A stretch of 59,287 nt of DNA, counting the filler, from Sphacelaria rigidula (Eukaryota), in NCBI GenBank assembly GCA_964200075.2. It is 3 parts of 3 records of this genome, joined end to end, with 100 filler letters (N's around TTAATTAATTAA, not from the genome) between each part and the next. Parts side by side here need not be neighbours in the genome. Positions count along the whole stretch, not along the records: positions 39,600 to 59,287 come from CAXNAA020000627.1; 2 more parts are not named here. One strand, written 5' to 3'. The notes below the pieces were generated by a model, which saw nothing but the letters and a program-made list of their open reading frames with translations, did no database searches and had not been told where the DNA came from. Positions within the stretch are counted from its first letter, which is position 1. Each line of letters opens with the position of its first letter. Below are positions 47,678 to 59,287 of the stretch, piece by piece. Made by a program: the position numbers and the translations under genes.

Positions 47678-50600
47678 TGCTGTTGGTGCACTGATAAACA
47701 CTTCTATACATGACAAGTAGAGTTGCTTCGTCAGGTCCTGTGTCAGAGGGATATCAACTCTGTACCCGTTGCTTGAGCATGGAAGATGTGACCAAACCGA
47801 TCGCTGACGGCAATATCATACTACGAAGTCCTAGCAACAGCGGTTTTGTCGTATGTTGCTCTTGCCGACGACTGCAAGCCCGCTGAGCCTCACTCTCCTC
47901 TTGCGGTGTACATTTTCACGTGTATGTTGCGTTTAGGCAGATACAGTCTCACGACATTCGTGCACTTGTTGAGAGTTCATGTCTTCCAGCCTCCTTCGCG
48001 TGTACAAGCTGGCACTACACTGTGCAGTTGCTGATCCTTGCAGCGTGGTGCAATTTGCCCTGGAGAATGAAGTGTAAAGTATGCAACATACGCCCCCGAA
48101 AACTGGCGATATTTGTCATCATGTACGATTTGGCGGAGATTCAAACGTGTATGAATGGACGGAAATAACGGCCGGGGTAACACCGGTGATCGGTGACCAT
48201 CTCTTGACCAGTTTCAAATATCACTCGGTCATCTTGGAACTGGACGGATGTAGTGAAGATATCACGTGACCAGCATAGAACTGATTCTGATCGAGGAACA
48301 TAGGCACGTAAATGGACAACCTTCGATTCCAGATAACATGAAAAAGCGATAATGCGTGAAATCGAACAAGTGTTCTTGTTATGTGTGTAGCAATAGCATG
48401 CAAAGTATGCAAGCTTCGAAATTTTGCGTAGTCTTACTGCAAGGGACGTGGACGATGACGATACCACACTCTGAATAATGGTCACAATAATAGTTCATTG
48501 CTTCAGCAATAGACATGGGGGAAAATCTATCCATATATATTATCGAACACGATAGATGGCGAAACACATCTATTGGTATGTATTGCAAGGGACAAAATAT
48601 GTTGCAATCGTCGATCGATAGTCGATGGTAATTACAATGGATGAATACCACTCGCCGTAGATGGACATCATGTACTGCAATAGGTATTGGGATGTATACA
48701 TCGATAGTCATTGCCACAATCAATAGGTTCGGTGAACCATCCATTGACAGTCATTGCCGTCATCAATGGATTGGGTGAGCCATCTACCAATACCTATTAC
48801 CGTCATCAATAGATTGGTGAGCCGTATATCGGTAGCCTCTGCTGCCAACAATGCATTTTCTGGTATCATCAATATGGGCCTTGCCGTCAACAATCGATTG
48901 TTCTCGGAAGCACCTATCGATGGCCAGTGACACCAACGATACGAAATGTGTGCATGAATAGCGCTAATGATCGACGCCATTCAGCTACTTTTGTGGTCAG
49001 CAATAGATATTAGTGGCCGCGATTCAGATTACATTGTCACCGGCGGCAGCGATTGGTGGACGCGATTCAGATTCTACTGTGACCCTCAATAGAGATGGTG
49101 GGCGCAAGAAATAAAGTGTTTCGATAGAGGACTTGGCCCCTCCATTGTCACGGCAATGATACATTCCGTCCCTTGTCCCGAATCTATTGTCGCCTACAAT
49201 AGCTATAGATGGACATTGATGCTACTTGATGATGACTGACAATGAACATTGACAGTCCAATTTTTGGGGCTATTGCAGCGCCAATGTTCTATTACGTAGT
49301 CTACTGTCCAGGGTACAAGCACATCTCACTCACACACAAGAGTACTGGAAGGGCTCATGTCCATCAGAGGGACAACCATAAGTACCAACATCACACCGAC
49401 GATAAAAAACACATATTAAAGATTCGTACAAAATACAAGCGTTTCAAAGCTGTAGAAACGTGATGTCATGTATTGACATGTAGAATCATTATATACCCAC
49501 TGCATGCCCACCTGCATCTCCTCTACCGTACCTTAACGGAGTATAATATGCTCTACATGTAGTCTGTTGCGATATAGCTGTGACAATAGATGGCATATTA
49601 TATCTATCGGTAGGCACTGTATACCACAGTAGTTTCTGGTATATTTCTATCGTTCTTCATTGCCGCCATGCATAGAAGTATACGCACTCCATCAATAGCT
49701 ATTGCCGTCATTCATAGATTCGGTATACAATTCGTCAGTAGCCATCGTCGTCATCAAAAGACTTGGCACGCGGTCTACCGGTAGCCATTGCCGTCATCAA
49801 AAAGATTTGTAAAGCTATCGATCGATGCATTTGGTAGGCCGTGATAGTTGTTGTTGTAGGGCCACAACAGACTGCTGCCGGGACAAAAGTGTGGGAAACT
49901 GGTCTATCGATAGACATTGCCAACGACAAGAGGGAGGGAAAATTGCCCATAGGTGGTGATCGTGGGGATACCAGCATGTCGATGAGAGGGAGATTCTACG
50001 GTGACCGTCCGACCGACAAACTATTTTTGGGCCGGCTAATTGAAGGCGTTGCGCGCCATTGTTGGGTGACCTTCACGGCTGTATCAATTGAAAAAATGTT
50101 TTTATCACGACTTCTGGAGCAGTTACTTTCGTTCGAAATCTTGTCGACAACATGTCGCCCCCGGGCCGTGGTCATGCTCCTCTCTTTCTGCTGTGTGACA
50201 GCTCAAGCTGTATGTGAGGCATCCGATGGATAACAGATGCTCCGGGGGTGTGTTTATTCCTCTCTATAGGGCTCGCGTTTCTTTTGGCTCGTGTTCCGGA
50301 CGCGGTGCAGGGTCGATCGAACAATGGCTTCAATTCAACATCTGATGACCAACAGCGACATCCGCGATAGCTTAGACCGCAGATCTATCAGCGATTTGAT
50401 CTATTTACCACCTTTCCCCCATCATTCCGCCGCGTGCACTGCTGCCTATGCCAATAGCTAGACCAGTGCTACTAGCCTACTCATGCTCACCAAAACAGCT
50501 CCGACAATCCCTATGGAAGAATGTAGGTAACGGACGGGTGACGGAGATGGAGGCATTGATGACCTCCTACCGCCCCAGCAATGACTCGCAATAATAGCTT

Positions 50601-50729
50601 AGCTTGCCTGTCGGTCGCGGTTTATTTCTCCTTGCATCGTTGACTTGGCAACAGACACGCAACTAGAGGCGTATCATAATCGTGCAATACCGACTTGCTG
50701 CGGGGGATACTGCACTGTAGGGTGATCAC

Positions 50730-52330
50730 TATATGCTCGATGATTCAACACAAGCCACACCAGCACGTTTAGAGTATGCATGAACTGTAAAGTTGACTTC
50801 GATCCCTTGCATGTGATGCACGTGTAATCTCTGTGGTGACACGAGGTCTTCCGTCATGAGAAAGCCTCCGCTCAAAGTACATTGTTTTACGTGCCTACAA
50901 TTCAGGCGTTCTGCATCCATGGCTACTATTTGCAAACATTGCAGGCATGCGAGATGGCATTGCCGGCACCCAATCGCTGTCATCTTTCCCAGAAAGGGGC
51001 TGTGACGTGTGTACAACAAGCTCATCCCGAGCAGAAGCTGTGATTATTGCGGGCCTCGGACAGGGGCCAAGTAGTTCATTTCTAGCGGGAAGAAAGACGA
51101 TGGCGTTGTTCGATTGGCTGGACTTCTAGGAACGTCTTGTAGCCTTACCCTTGGGTTGAATGTGGAGTACAGCACAGGTGGAATGTGCTAGTGACGAGGG
51201 GAAAGGTTATGCACGAGTGGAATTGTGTTTGTCGTGCACATGCCTTGCGTGCTTACTCAGCGGTCTATGCTCTGAAACTAGTCAAGGGTTACATCGAGTC
51301 CTTCCTACTTGACGAAGAGTTGTATAGTAAAGTTGTTGCCTCCCGATCATTAGCAGGCTCGAATATTGGGGTCGGATGTCCAAGGATAACCATTACTTGA
51401 AGGTCTACATGAGTTACCATTACTTGAAGGCCTACGTTGTTTCGCGCGATCCTTTGGCGTCAGACATATTTGAGTTATCTTTGGGGTGCTGTTGTCTTGT
51501 TTGGAGTGGGAGAGCAGCGCCGCTGGGTTGGCATGGTCTTGGATCAATCCAACACTGAAGGGGCGGTTTGTACTTTTGTCTCTCCGATAACGGCTGTCTG
51601 CAAAGAAGGACAAACAGCGTGGTTTGCGGTGCGCTCGCGCCATGAGAACGGGGCGGCGTTGCAAACCCCATTTAAAAAACATGAACCCGCAAGCCTGAGA
51701 ATGGTGACCCAGTACTCATGGCATAGTTATGCATACCTAATAGGTTTCCAAGTCGGTTCATCTCACGGCTCAAACAGACACTTTCAAAACCTTGGGCTTG
51801 AAAATACTGATTCAATTTGCAGAGTGTTGCAGGGTTGTACTCAAGTATGGTGTTTGGAGAAGGACTGTACGGTACAGTACAGTACTTGATCTTGGCAGTA
51901 TCACCGCGGCACAGAGCGTGCGGTACGGCACGGGGTGGTGTCGTAATTACTTGGTTCAGCTCGAAGCACAGCATGTGGTTCTCCGAAACTGCAGTGCCTT
52001 ATGTTAGAGGGCCTAAACGATGAATGCACCTGGAGCGACAAATGCAGTCTTCAGCAGACCGTACTTGCAAGGGTTCTGTATGCATTCATGTACACCTTGT
52101 AGGTCAGACGATTGGTTGAATAATCTCAACTTCGGTAGTCATCGCGGAGGTATAGGAAGGGACTCAGAAATCGACGCTCTCCGCGAAGCATGAACGGTGT
52201 GACTGACGGCTCTATTGTGGTGACACTTTTCCAGCAAGCACCGTCCGAGTACTTGGGGTGAACTTGAAGTAAGGAATGACAAAACAACCCTACCCATAAT
52301 CAAACTAGACGGCTCATCGCACACAAGAGT
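50730..52330 (-). pseudogene. Decayed Cys-rich coding relic, possibly a CxC/KDZ-type transposase
   Basis: Broken minus-strand segments in order: GRCLLEKCHHNRAV...SISESLPIPPR (52139-52324), YAMSTGSPFS (~51700), FLGKMTAIGCRQCHLACLQCLQIVAMDAERL (50900-51000). Identification is by remembered motif order only. Confidence 0.3.
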
Positions 52331-53336
52331 TCAACTCATCATCACAACTCTTTTGTCACACCGATCGGTGGACAAGAAATAGCGGAAGTAACCACACCGA
52401 CGACGGCATCCACCCCTTCGAGAAGGACGACGAAAACCGACGTAGGACGAGGTATTTGGGAGTGCACAATACGAGAGAGACACTAAAGCACCACAGCAGT
52501 AATTTGTTTTCTTATACTATAGTACAGGTATTTGACACTTTGCAATTTCTCGAACCCGCTGCCCTGAGGTTTGGACAATGCAGCATGCAGATGTATGGAG
52601 TGAGAGATACGGCGGCAGAAAAAATTGCTGTCGCGGGTTTGCATTCGCCATAGGAGAGTAAGCAATAGGAAATTACGTAGCAGTGATCCTCGCCCCACAC
52701 TCGGTCTGCATTGGAACATTTCCCGTTCAGGCTTGCTGCGGGTCAGAGGAGTCTCACTGCAGGTTTCGAGCTCCGTACACGGCGTGCCCTGCAACGCTGT
52801 CGAGACGTTAGCGAGGAACAGGATTCACTAATTCGTTTGTACATGCTAGCACACGCTTCCCATGTGCGTTAACCAGGGTTGCACATCGGATATCAATAAT
52901 CGATACGACTTCGATAAATATCGGCGATATGCCATCTTGGTATGCGTGCTAAGGGCGTTGTGCCGTCTCTACAGCAGAATTTCACTTCGTGTAGGAGAAA
53001 CTGACTTGGTGCATCATGGCGCACAACAGACATGCCATGTTCTTGAGTTCTGTAGGCCGTGTGGGATGACGAATTACAGCACGTGGCAGGTCTCAATGGG
53101 AAGCATTACTATCAGGCTTTGCGCCGACGGCGGTGCCATGTGTACATTCGTAGTAGGAGTCGAGAAGAGAGCTACAGCCTCATTGTTCTGTGACGAAATG
53201 AGTCAGTGAGTGTTCTGGAGCTCGATATCTGAGAATGCACAGATTGTCACGCCTGCGCTGGATACCCCTTGGGAAAAGGATTGATCTTATACGGGATATG
53301 TACGGTGGCTCGTCACTTCACATTTTGTGAACAACC

Positions 53337-53966
53337 AGGGGCTTAGTCTACCCAAACATTGAGTAGAGTGTTTGAAGTAATATTCAACCTACCAAGAATT
53401 GGAGTTTGAAGTATTGAGGTCATACCTAAGTGATACTCCATACTCCAAGTATTACTGAGAGTAATTTCCCAAATTCCACGTCATACTCAATCTACTCAAA
53501 ATATGAGTGGAGTATTTAAAGCCATACTCAATCTAACCGAAATTTAAGTAGAGCGTTGAGATCATACCCAAGTGATAGTCTATACCCGAGTGTTGCTGAG
53601 AGTGCCCACCCAATATTTGAGTAGAGTGTTTGACGTCGTACTAAACCTCACCGAAATTTGAGTAGATTGATTCGAGGTCATCCTCAATTTACCAAACATT
53701 TGAGTAGAGTATTTGATTAAGGTCATACTCGTATACCCAAAAATTGGGTAGAGTATTTGAGGTCGTAATCAATATACCCAAACGTTCCAGTAGAGTATTT
53801 GAGGTCATTCTCCATCTACCCAAGATTGAAGTGTAAAGTACTTGAGGCCGTACTCAATCTACTATTTGAGGTTATACTCAATTCACCCAACGTTTGAGTA
53901 GAGTCAAAGACTTGGGTATGTTACCCCGAGTATTCAAAAGTAAATGCTCTACTCGACCCGGCCCTT
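53337..53966. repeat. Array of ~40-bp units (tttgagtagagtatttgaggtcatactcaatctacccaaa) ending in a conserved terminus; probable TIR element
   Basis: More than 12 degenerate units. The terminus gagtattcaaaagtaaat..tctactcgacc.gccctt is repeated at 54589-54626. Confidence 0.85.
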
Positions 53967-54317
53967 GCACAATTTCCACCGTTGGATCTCCCATGGAGGA
54001 GTCAGATGTATTTCGATTATACCTACCCGACTATAGGTCTACTCGATTACTCAATAATAATGAGGAGCGCATTGTACTGAACCTGACATCAAAGACGTTG
54101 CGAGGTATCAAGTATGTACTGCTGTGGGTGGGGGCAGCTGAGTTCATCCACCTGCACGGTTGTTTAGTTTTTGGGTGACCATCATTCGCTCATACTCATT
54201 GTAGCCCGTAACGTAACGTAACGTCACTCATCTCATTGATGGCCATCGTTCGCCCATGAATGCAACATAGTCTGTGGAGTGACGTCACTAAGCCGCCGAT
54301 GGTCGCGGTTATTCGTC

Positions 54318-54626
54318 GTACCCAAGTGATACTTTATATCTGAGTAATACTGAGAGTGCTTACCCAATATTTGAGTAGAGTATTTGTGGTCGTACTCAAT
54401 CTACCCCAGAATTTGACAGGAGTATTGAGGTAATATTCGAGTGATACTCTATATCCAAGTGTTGCTGAGAGTGCTCACTCAATATTTGGGTGAAGTATTT
54501 GAGGTCGTACTCAATCTACCCAGATCTTGAGTAGATTATTTGAGGCCGTCCTCGATCTACCCAAAGTAAATACTCGGGTAGTTTACTCGAGTATTCAAAA
54601 GTAAATATTTTACTCGACCTGCCCTT
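54318..54626. repeat. Second, shorter copy of the 40-bp-unit element
   Basis: Same units and the same terminus as 53337-53966. Confidence 0.85.
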
Positions 54627-55104
54627 GATACAGTTCTGTGACTACCCCGTGACGAATACATAAAACTTTCTTGCTTTGAGGCATTATTTGCCGGCTTCCG
54701 AGGGTTTCGACGCCTGAACCCGCGTAAGCTGGTGTGAGCGGAGCAACTCCGAAAAACGTTTCAACGATCTCTTCATTTTTTCCGTGTGAAGCACCAATAC
54801 CCAACGAACTGCCAAGTTTAAGGGTGATCATGACCGTTTTACGATATATGAAAGCGAAAACGTCTTGAAGCTTAATTTCTGAGTCTTTTATGCAGATCAT
54901 CAGTAGAAATCCGACGACGCCCAAACTCCACATTATGGAGATTCGACGGGTTTGGGTATTTGATCATATAGTAACCGTTTTTGGGATGTGTTTTTCATTT
55001 AAATTTCTGAGCTGATGGTGGATACTACGAACTGGAGCACGTGAAGAGTGGGTGCATATTGGGTCACATTTATTTACTCGTTATGTTACTTGTCGCACTT
55101 CGAA

Positions 55105-55395
55105 CCCTTCCCTTTCCTCGGTACGAGTCCGTGGTCTAGTAGTCTCAAGGGATCAACCAATATATCTCCTGTTCATGCGTTGCCATTTGATCTCGCGGAA
55201 TTGGGTCAGCACTCCCACACCGCGTCAACTCTCGTCAAACAAAAGTCAGTCAACTACCTTTTGCTTACCCACGTATTCTCGCCTTCGACGGTGGAAAGCA
55301 GATACATGAAGGGAAAGACCCAACGCGTCGGGAATCGAATCTATCATCTCTCCAACTTAGCGGTGACAGTCGGACCATTCCACCACGGGGGCGCG
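55105..55395 (-). mobile_element. tRNA-derived SINE family A
   Basis: Plus strand cttccctttcctcggtacgagtccgtgg...tctcaagg, cagcactcccacaccgcgtcaactctcgtcaaacaaaagtcagtca and cgggaatcgaa are all colinear with 24188-24520. Confidence 0.7.
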
Positions 55396-55669
55396 ACGGC
55401 GGGTTGATTATTTGCATTTTTGATTCCAGAATAACTTGAAGGCCGCTGATAGGTCAAGGCACATTTTCGCCCCCTAGCGCCACCGCTACGGCCTTGAACA
55501 AAACTCCGGCTATGTCACTTCATTCATTTGTCCATGGGCAGTATGATGCCATACATGCAAATGTTCGATGAGGGCTGCCAAATGGATCTGCTGATGAGCG
55601 TATTTGGGGTGTTCACCTTGAACCGGCCAGTACGGTTCGTCATATTCATTAGTCCTCGCTAACCAACGC

Positions 55670-56950
55670 AAAATTGTTTTATTCTTCGATGCGGTTTTGT
55701 AATACTGTCCCGTCTACATGGTGCAAGCGAGTTGCACACCATACGTGTCGTTGTCCTCTCTGTTTGACAGTGACAGTTGTAACGATAAATATGCACGTGG
55801 CAGCGCGGGTTTTATGTAGGATGTGTTCGGGAGCATACTTACCCACCCCGGACACAGTGTTCCCGCAAAAGCAGCTGAGGCATGTCTCGCGACGGGAGCT
55901 ACGTGGAAAGAGTTGTCAGCAATCAAGAATGGAATAGTCGTAGCTGCGGACAGATTGAGAAATGTCTCCTGGACATTCCAACACCAATATCCGGGACTGT
56001 TATAGTAGTCGTCGGAAGGTACCACCTCCACCGTATAGCCGTGGTACTTGAACGGAGTAATCGGCAGACACTAAGTAGGACTGGGTATATGTTCGCAAAC
56101 GTTTGAAAGTATGTGCTTTATCAGCACCCAAAGTACGTACACGGCACATGTTCGTAGTCGTGCATGAACCCCGCCTTCGTGATGGGGGCATATGACACAT
56201 GAGGGTTTGAAACCTTGTTTACAGTATGTGCCGGCACATGAGAAACATCTCAATGTCATACTACGCGTGATGGGCAGGTTTCCATGTGGCCAGCATTTCA
56301 TGCGTATCATTCTCACGCGTTCACGTTCCTAAAGCGGTGCCTAAATGGTCCTGTGAGATGTCCACTTTTGCCTTCCACTTCACAGACGGTCACTTGAGGC
56401 CTGTGCCCGGCTGAGGGATGGTCACGTGAGAGCTTGCCATACGCGTCACATGGATTCATTGTTTTAATGCATCTCGATGTCTCATTGAGCACACTCGACA
56501 TTCGCTCAAGTGGAAGAGCCCAGACGGAACAGAGCGTTATGTTGTTGGCGATGGAACAGCACAGTACACAGGTTAGCACACGCAAGAAAGCATCGGTAGC
56601 AAGCGTCTCTGCAAACGATCGTGTTTCACCCACGAGTCCTTACAAGTGTACGCTATCTAGCCTTTCGAGAGTATGTGTCCCACCGTTTCCCCTTCAATCA
56701 AGGCCCTGAAGCACCATGTACCGGTCGTTCTGCTAGTGGACATTTTTCGACGTCCAAGTCATAGCTGCTCCGGACCGCATATGAACAGAATGGAGGGTAA
56801 ATGGTTGTGTTTTGCCTGACCGCGGGTCCGGATTCGCGGTTTCCCACGGTAGAAGGTGACCATTGACAAGCGTGCGCAGGCACACTGCTCATTGATTATG
56901 CACACCTTTGCACATGACATGCTGGCGCACACTTGAAGGGTCCTCGAAGG
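55670..56950 (-). pseudogene. Second decayed Cys-rich relic, possibly KDZ-type transposase
   Basis: Minus-strand fragments VCASMSCAKVC..QCAC (~56860-56940), TIYPPFC, RCFSCAGTYC..CVICPH, WCWNVQETFLNLS, then AYLSL...VQLACT followed by VDGTVL in a shifted frame (~55700). Confidence 0.25.
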
Positions 56951-59249
56951 GTAATGGGATGTTCGTTTGACTAAGATGATGGAGGAGGCAAGTTCAACAT
57001 GTCGCAGAAATATGGAATGGAATCAGATGTCACAGTATCAGCAAATGAACGGCGGGTCTTTCCACCTGCTCAGGCCTTTTTTCGTCAGCTTGCACCAGAC
57101 ATTGACAGTCGACCTCGAAGTACCACTACCACAGTGCAATACGCCTTAGGCAGAACAGAACATGAAACATCTCCTTACTTGAGAGCGCATGTGCTACACA
57201 TATGTACAATACCTCTTTTCTTCAGAACGTTTGTGCCCCACTAAAGTAGTATTGCTGCTTCTGTAGCACTCAATTTCGCGGAATACGCGAAATGGATATT
57301 CATCCCAGAACGTATGTGTTTAATGCGGGTAGAAAGGTACTCCCTCTGATCGCGAATACAAGCTAGGTAAGGAGATTCGTAATACAAGCAAGGTTTGTAC
57401 TAAATGCTCCAAAGGAGGTCATGTAGACATCGTGGGGCGTCGGATGAAGTTTTCGTGTACAACCGAATAATGGAAGAAAACAAAAACATTCGAAACGGGC
57501 GGGGATGATTCGTCACCATTCCCTGATTGCCTAACCCCAACTCTAACCCTAAGCTGCCGGCAAGGAGGTACTGAATCACTTCGTCTTTCTCAGAGTTCTT
57601 GACATTCTTGCGCTTTGGCCCTTGGACTGCACTCCCGGCAGCAGGTATGCCTCATCACACGATGGGGAGGCTTTGTCCGGAGCCTCAAAAAGAGGGTGGT
57701 GATTTCGAGCTACTTCGGATAGGGTAGGATAACCATTTTCAGGGGGAAATTTGAAAAAGACCGGTTCTCGTTGTTCTGCAGGAACGCGGAGAAACCGCAA
57801 AAACAACGGTTCGCCAAAACTTATCTTGGGCCCGAGTTAGACAGCGTTTTCTCCCAACCTTGCTTATATTCGCGATGAAAGGGAGTGTGTGTTCACCGTA
57901 TGAGTTGGGCCGGCCTATAGTTATTTTTAAACAAAGAGAGGAGATGCGATTGGCAGTTCGAGGAGCTAGGCGCTGAAATTTCGACACAGCATTATCATCA
58001 ATCCACGCAACCCTATAAGTAGAATAGAGGGGAAAAAAAGACAGGAAGTTCGAGCAAGTTGAAGCTTCAGCAAAAAAAGGAAAATGCCATAACTTATTTT
58101 AAAGTTGAAAAAAGACGATGACAACAGTCCAACATAAACGGGCACTGGCGTCAACCACATCCTGGTAAAGTTTCAGCCAGAAGTACCTCAAGTTGGGCTT
58201 CGCGTCGCACTTCTCGTGTTACACGGCTGCAAAACCTGATATAACAGCCTCAAATTACACGGGTCACGACTTCGAATCCCGACACCACAAAGACGTCTTG
58301 TGTGCATCATCTAGTCGTGCATGATCTGTCGTACCTCGGGGTTGCAGAGGGTCTAGAAGTTTTGGTGACGGTCTTGCTTTTGGGGGGGGTATAGCGCAGT
58401 TTCAAGTCCTTCCTCTCCCTCGTGCGGTGATATACGACAGTTGACTCGGAGGTTCTCTCCCATGATGGAGCTTATGACGAGCTTGATGCCATGCAGCACT
58501 ATCAGTGTGCTCTTACCTGGGCATGTCTGGTGTTCGTGAGCCTTTGCGGCTCAAAAATTTATCGTAATTCCAGTGTATTTTGTAAAACGAACGTCTCCAG
58601 ACACGCTGTCACGCAACGACAAGACACATACCCGATACTCAATGCAGTACAATAACAACATCGCCAAAACTGCGCCAATCAAGCAGCGGCGGTGCCGTGT
58701 TTTCCCAGTTTCGTCTCCAGTTCACAGCGATATGGCCAAGTCGCGCTTATTTAGAGAACTTGAGAAGTTGTGGTGTGGAAAGAGAATGTGGGAGTTACTG
58801 CCGGCCCCGCTCGTAGGATGTGTGTCTGGCACAGGCGGGATGATACATGATCAGGCTGAACAGTACGTTCAACAGTGATATTCTGGTAGTCTAGAAAGCG
58901 TTTCTCCAACGATTGGTCGTATATCGGTGCGTTTCGAATATTCTACCCTTGAGCACTGGATTTTACGAATGGGTATTTTTTTTTAGGTGGATGGATAATG
59001 TCAAAAGTTGGACCGAAAAATGCAAAAACTATTAGGGGGTATCCGTACAGACAGCCATGTATTGTAAGCGGATTGGTAATTGCACGTTGGGTTTTAATCT
59101 ATCCGAACATCGAACAGGATATAAGTGTATGTTGTTTTTCATGTACATGCGTGATTTCATAACCTCCAGTAGTTTCCATGAGCCCCACAACGTCCCAAGC
59201 AGATCGAACGGCGAGTTACAATAAAAAAAAAATGAATCCAGGAAATACT

Positions 59250-59287
59250 GGTCGCCCCGGTGGCTCAGTTGGTAAGATAGTAACGTT
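59250..59287 (+). mobile_element. Head of SINE family C, truncated by the window end
   Basis: ggtcgccccggTGGCTCAGTTGGt (A box), matching the head at 47645-47677. Confidence 0.6.

Noticed and set aside
53337..54626. CRISPR-like 40-bp array
   Set aside because: Head-to-tail units with no unique spacers.
57530..57552. Telomere-like CCCTAA repeats
   Set aside because: Only 3-4 degenerate units; insufficient.

Overview
Eukaryotic, intron-rich, repeat-rich genomic DNA, most consistent with a brown alga (Phaeophyceae; inferred from gene structure, flagellar genes and repeat style). The window is not contiguous: two N-TTAATTAATTAA-N spacers (19704-19803, 39500-39599) join three contigs. Contig 1 carries the 5' part of an axonemal dynein heavy chain gene (DNAH1 type, minus strand, 11 well-supported exons plus 2 probable ones), with a 5'-truncated LINE in an intron. 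Divergent from it is a first exon resembling SPAG16/PF20. Contig 2 carries an 11-exon minus-strand gene model of about 1900 codons, encoding N-terminal TPRs, a long disordered linker and about 7 IQ-like motifs. One of its introns holds a LINE remnant split by a TA-flanked TIR element. Contig 3 has no intact gene and is a dense mosaic of foldback MITEs, TIR elements with ~40-bp subrepeats, tRNA-derived SINEs, an ATCGAT-rich repeat family and two decayed Cys-rich segments that may be relic KDZ-type transposases. No CRISPR array, rRNA or intact tRNA was found, and I see no convincing new intact biological system. The most novel candidates are TE-related.
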